Translations under genes and position numbers: made by a program
In this document: positions 60,841 to 64,000 of the stretch, in pieces
How positions within the stretch are numbered: position 1 is the stretch's first letter
Layout: every line of letters starts with the position of its first letter
Notes under the pieces: model-generated
Databases searched by the model: none
What the model saw: the letters and a program-made list of their open reading frames with translations, nothing else
What the model was told of the DNA's origin: nothing
Source: an uncultured Coriobacteriaceae bacterium
GTDB taxonomy: Bacteria > Actinomycetota > Coriobacteriia > Coriobacteriales > Atopobiaceae
NCBI GenBank assembly: GCA_900544655.1
Contig: UQWE01000001.1
Span: 119,636-183,635, forward strand
Length of the DNA stretch: 64,000 nt
Direction: 5' to 3'

Positions 60841-61191
60841 CTACTCCTTTGTGGGGTCTTCGACAGAGTCTGCCTCAACGGGAACCTTGATTGCCGCAGA
60901 GGCCTTGGCGTCAAGGTCGCTCGCAAGCTCCTTGGCACGATCGATGAAAGCCGCGCGCTCCTCAGGGGTCATCGTGGACAAGCGAGCGCGAAGAACGGAA
61001 TCCTGGGCGCCATCCACGGTCTCCTTGGCCTTCTGGGTGAGCTCTCGGTTGAGGTCCTTGCCCTGCTCGACCGTAAGCTCGCCCTTCTTGACGAGCGAAT
61101 CCACGAGCTCCGTGGTCTTCTCGGCGCCTAGGGCGACGGCACCCACGCCAGCAAGAAACGCCTTTCGAATGCCCTCAGTGATGTCAACCAT
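60841..61191 (-). CDS. Phasin-like (PhaF/PhaI) small protein
   Basis: IRKAFLAGVGAVA...LVKKGELTVEQGKDL; directly upstream of the AarF kinase. Confidence 0.8.
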   Translation of the reverse strand: MVDITEGIRKAFLAGVGAVALGAEKTTELVDSLVKKGELTVEQGKDLNRELTQKAKETVDGAQDSVLRARLSTMTPEERAAFIDRAKELASDLDAKASAAIKVPVEADSVEDPTKE

Positions 61192-61339
61192 GATTGCCCC
61201 TCTCCCGCACTCGCGTGCGCGTTGTCGTTAGCCTACTTGTACCCAAGCGAGGACAGACGGTATCGGTCGCATCCGCAAACGGAGACGAGTGACATCACGG
61301 CAGCGGGCGAATGGTAACCGCGACGCCATCCTGCGCTAG

Positions 61340-62536
61340 TCACTTGCCCAAAAGATAGCGGCTCATCTGAGAGACGCTCGTGACGATAGCCGTCGCCCCG
61401 GCGTTTTCCAGCTCTCCCGCGGGGGCGGTGTCGCCAAGGTAGACGCCGATGGAGTCGACGCCCGTCGCGACGGCGCCCTCGATGTCATAGTGCCTGTCTC
61501 CGAGCATGACGGCGTCTATGGGATCGGCGCCGAGACGTCGCAAGGCCTCGACGATAAGGCCGGCCTTTCCGGGATCCTTAACGCCCGTCTGGGTGACGAC
61601 CTCCTCGAAGAGGTCATCGATGCCAGTCTGTTGAAGGGCCGTGCGGACGAAGCGCTCCATCTTCGAAGACACGATGGCGAGTCTCTTGCCCCGGCTCTTA
61701 AGCTCCGTGAGCAGCTCGCGAACGCCGTCGAACAATGGGTTTCTCTCGGGACCGAGGCCCGCGTAGATCTCGCGATAGCGACGAGTGACCTCGGCTGCGT
61801 CTTCCTCGGAGAGGCCATAGACAAGCGAGAAGGCAAGCGGAAAGGGAGGGCCAACGAGCCTTCCGGCGTCGCCGATCTCCTCATCGGTCAGACCCCATTC
61901 GCGAAGCACCTGAGTTGCCGTCCTCACGATGCAGGGCTTCGTGTCCGCGAGGGTGCCATCAAAATCAAAGAGCACGACGGGCTTCTCGGCCAGACCGCGG
62001 ACGCCCGATGCGAGGCGCTCGGCGGCGCAGTCAAGAGGACCCTCCGCGCGGAGGACCTTAAGACCGTGCCTGACAGGCTCGACCACGGCGGCGAGGTTCT
62101 CCACTGATGCCCTGGGAGAGCCGGGTACGTTGACGACGAGCGTGCGACCCAGGGTTCCGGCCGTAGCGCGAGAGAGCCAGGCAAAGGGCGTTATCTTGGC
62201 GGAAGCTGCGCGCATGGCCTCGCCGATGCCAGGCACGAGGCGGTCACAGACGTCAACCGTAACGTCGGGCGTAACATCACGAGGAGAAAGCCCCGTACCA
62301 CCCGTCGTGACGACAAGAGCGACACCCGAAGCAGCGGCATCGCGGATTGCGCGTTCGATACTAACGCGCTCGTCCGGGACGACGATGGAAGATACCACCT
62401 CAAAACCTGACTCAGAAAGCAGGGCCGCCACGGCAGGACCCGCCTCATCCCTATAGACACCAGCACTCGCGCGATCGCTCACGGTGATGACGGTAGCGGT
62501 ATAAGACGAGATGACGACCTTGTCATGGCAGCTCAT
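61340..62536 (-). CDS. MogA/MoaB molybdopterin adenylyltransferase fused to HAD-IA hydrolase
   Basis: TVSDRAS..D..G, VPDE, TTGGTGLSPRDVTP, NVPGSP; then LFDFDGTLADT, VSSK, LGDRHYDIEGA. Confidence 0.88.
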   Translation of the reverse strand: MSCHDKVVISSYTATVITVSDRASAGVYRDEAGPAVAALLSESGFEVVSSIVVPDERVSIERAIRDAAASGVALVVTTGGTGLSPRDVTPDVTVDVCDRLVPGIGEAMRAASAKITPFAWLSRATAGTLGRTLVVNVPGSPRASVENLAAVVEPVRHGLKVLRAEGPLDCAAERLASGVRGLAEKPVVLFDFDGTLADTKPCIVRTATQVLREWGLTDEEIGDAGRLVGPPFPLAFSLVYGLSEEDAAEVTRRYREIYAGLGPERNPLFDGVRELLTELKSRGKRLAIVSSKMERFVRTALQQTGIDDLFEEVVTQTGVKDPGKAGLIVEALRRLGADPIDAVMLGDRHYDIEGAVATGVDSIGVYLGDTAPAGELENAGATAIVTSVSQMSRYLLGK

Positions 62537-62559
62537 GCGCACTCCTACTAGCCAAAAGC

Positions 62560-63594
62560 CTACTTGCCGAAGGGACAGATTGGGTAGTGGCACTCCTCGC
62601 AGCCGAGACAGAGGCCGCCCTCTGCATAAGCGACGATATCCGCACGCGTCAGGCGAACGCCCGCCGCGATGCGAGGCATGATGAGGTCGAGAATCGTGGC
62701 TCGCGCGAACATCACGCAGCCAGGAAGACCGAGCACAGGGGTGCCATCGTCATAGTATCCCACGAAGACCATGGCGCCTGGAAGCACGGGGGCGCCGTAG
62801 GTAACCATCTCGGCACCGCTCTGCTGGATGGCACCAGGGGTGTTGTCGTCGGGGTCGACGCTCATGCCGCCAGTGCAGACGACGAGGTCAACGCCAGCCT
62901 CGCGCACGCGCCTGATCGCGGCAACGATGTCCTCGACATCGTCACCGGGCGTCTCGTGGGCAACGCACTCCATGCCGTACTCGGTGAGCTTGCTCTTGAC
63001 GACGGGTGTGAACGAGTCCTCGATTAGGCCCGCGGCAACCTCGCTGCCCGTGGTGACGATGCCAACGCGACGGAGCTTGTAGGGCAGAACCTCGCAGACG
63101 GGCCCCTCGCCAGCGCAAGCTTCAGCCGCGCGGCGGGCCTCCTCGAGCTTTGACTCCTCGATCACAAGCGGAATGACGCGCATTCCCGCGAGCTTATCAC
63201 CCGCATGAACCGCCGTGTTACCGGCGCGCGTGGCCACCATGACCTGCGTCACCGAGTTAACGGCGGCAAGCGCACTGCTACGCACGCGGAAGCACCCGTC
63301 ATAGGCGGCGCGCAGCTCGATCTTGCCCTCGCGAATCTCGGGCGAGCGAACACAACCGTCACCTTCCATGATCTCGCAGAGGCGGATGGCGGCGTCATCC
63401 TCGTGGAGCATGCCCGGCTCGAGCTCGAGCACATAGACGCTGCGCTTGCCCATCGAGAGCAGCACGTCGACGTCCTCCGGAGCCACGACGTGGCCCTTAC
63501 GGAAACGAGCTCCCTTGAATTCGTCGGGAATGATCTGGGTCATGTCGTGACAGAGCACGTGTCCCACGGCCTGCTGAACGGGAAGTTCCTTCAT
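62560..63594 (-). CDS. Molybdopterin-binding protein (MoeA-like)
   Basis: AVGHVLCHDMT, TTGSEV..G.I.D.F, TGGMSVDPDD.TP, YGAPVLPG, GLPGC, GGLCLGCEECHYPICPFGK. Confidence 0.88.
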   Translation of the reverse strand: MKELPVQQAVGHVLCHDMTQIIPDEFKGARFRKGHVVAPEDVDVLLSMGKRSVYVLELEPGMLHEDDAAIRLCEIMEGDGCVRSPEIREGKIELRAAYDGCFRVRSSALAAVNSVTQVMVATRAGNTAVHAGDKLAGMRVIPLVIEESKLEEARRAAEACAGEGPVCEVLPYKLRRVGIVTTGSEVAAGLIEDSFTPVVKSKLTEYGMECVAHETPGDDVEDIVAAIRRVREAGVDLVVCTGGMSVDPDDNTPGAIQQSGAEMVTYGAPVLPGAMVFVGYYDDGTPVLGLPGCVMFARATILDLIMPRIAAGVRLTRADIVAYAEGGLCLGCEECHYPICPFGK

Positions 63595-64000
63595 TAGCGC
63601 CTCACCTCCATAACATGCACCCCATCGCCGGCGCGAACCTCTCCCCCTCGAACGACAACGGTAAAGATGCCCTCGCTCGGCATGGCGCACTTTCCCACCA
63701 GACGCTTAATCTCGCAGTCGTTATGACATTTCTTGCCGATTTGCGTCACGGCGAGGAGCGCCTCCCCGGCGGAAATGACCGTACCCACGGGAAGCGACTT
63801 GAGATCGAGGCCGCGCGTGAGGATGTTCTCCGCGAAGTCGCCCGCCTTGAGATTGGGCAGAACCTGGCGCAGGTCATCAACGGCCTCATTCGGCAGCAGA
63901 CTCACCTGGCGGTGCCAGGCTCCAGAATGCGCGTCGCCGACGACGCCAGTGCCAACCTCAAGCTCAATGGAATCAACAGACTGCTTGCGAACGCCCTTCT
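63594..64000 (-). CDS. MOSC-domain protein (5' end outside window)
   Basis: Open frame to the edge: KGVRK...GDAH.G.WHRQVSLL...GDFAENI...TQIGKKCH...C.MP.EGIF. Confidence 0.88.
   Translation of the reverse strand, partial: KGVRKQSVDSIELEVGTGVVGDAHSGAWHRQVSLLPNEAVDDLRQVLPNLKAGDFAENILTRGLDLKSLPVGTVISAGEALLAVTQIGKKCHNDCEIKRLVGKCAMPSEGIFTVVVRGGEVRAGDGVHVMEVRR

Overview
64 kb of GC-rich core chromosome, most likely from a Coriobacteriia actinobacterium (Atopobiaceae/Olsenella-like; inferred from gene content, alpha2beta2 GlyRS, mre cluster and gene order, not from a database search). Content: glyQS, lepB, rpsP-khpA-rimM-trmD; a CiaRH-like two-component system coupled to dinB; rplU-rpmA-obgE-proBA-nadD-yqeK-rsfS; mreBCD-mrdA-rodA; P-type ATPase-acnA-zinc-ribbon genes; tRNA-Arg(CCG) followed by a complete shikimate/Phe/Tyr cluster; nrdDG, trpS, xseAB, rnd, gltX; a polar amino-acid ABC transporter; a phasin/AarF pair; Moco genes. 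I see no transposase, integrase, phage gene or CRISPR array. The best candidate for an undescribed system is a type II dehydroquinase (AroQ) fused to an intact PTS EIIB phospho-acceptor domain, which could link PEP/sugar status to the shikimate pathway. Also notable: an orphan RmlA paralog with degenerate catalytic residues, a possibly mosaic PBP2 gene with a sharp GC3 step, a P-type ATPase with PQGL in place of PEGL, and a MogA-HAD fusion. Novelty cannot be confirmed without database searches.
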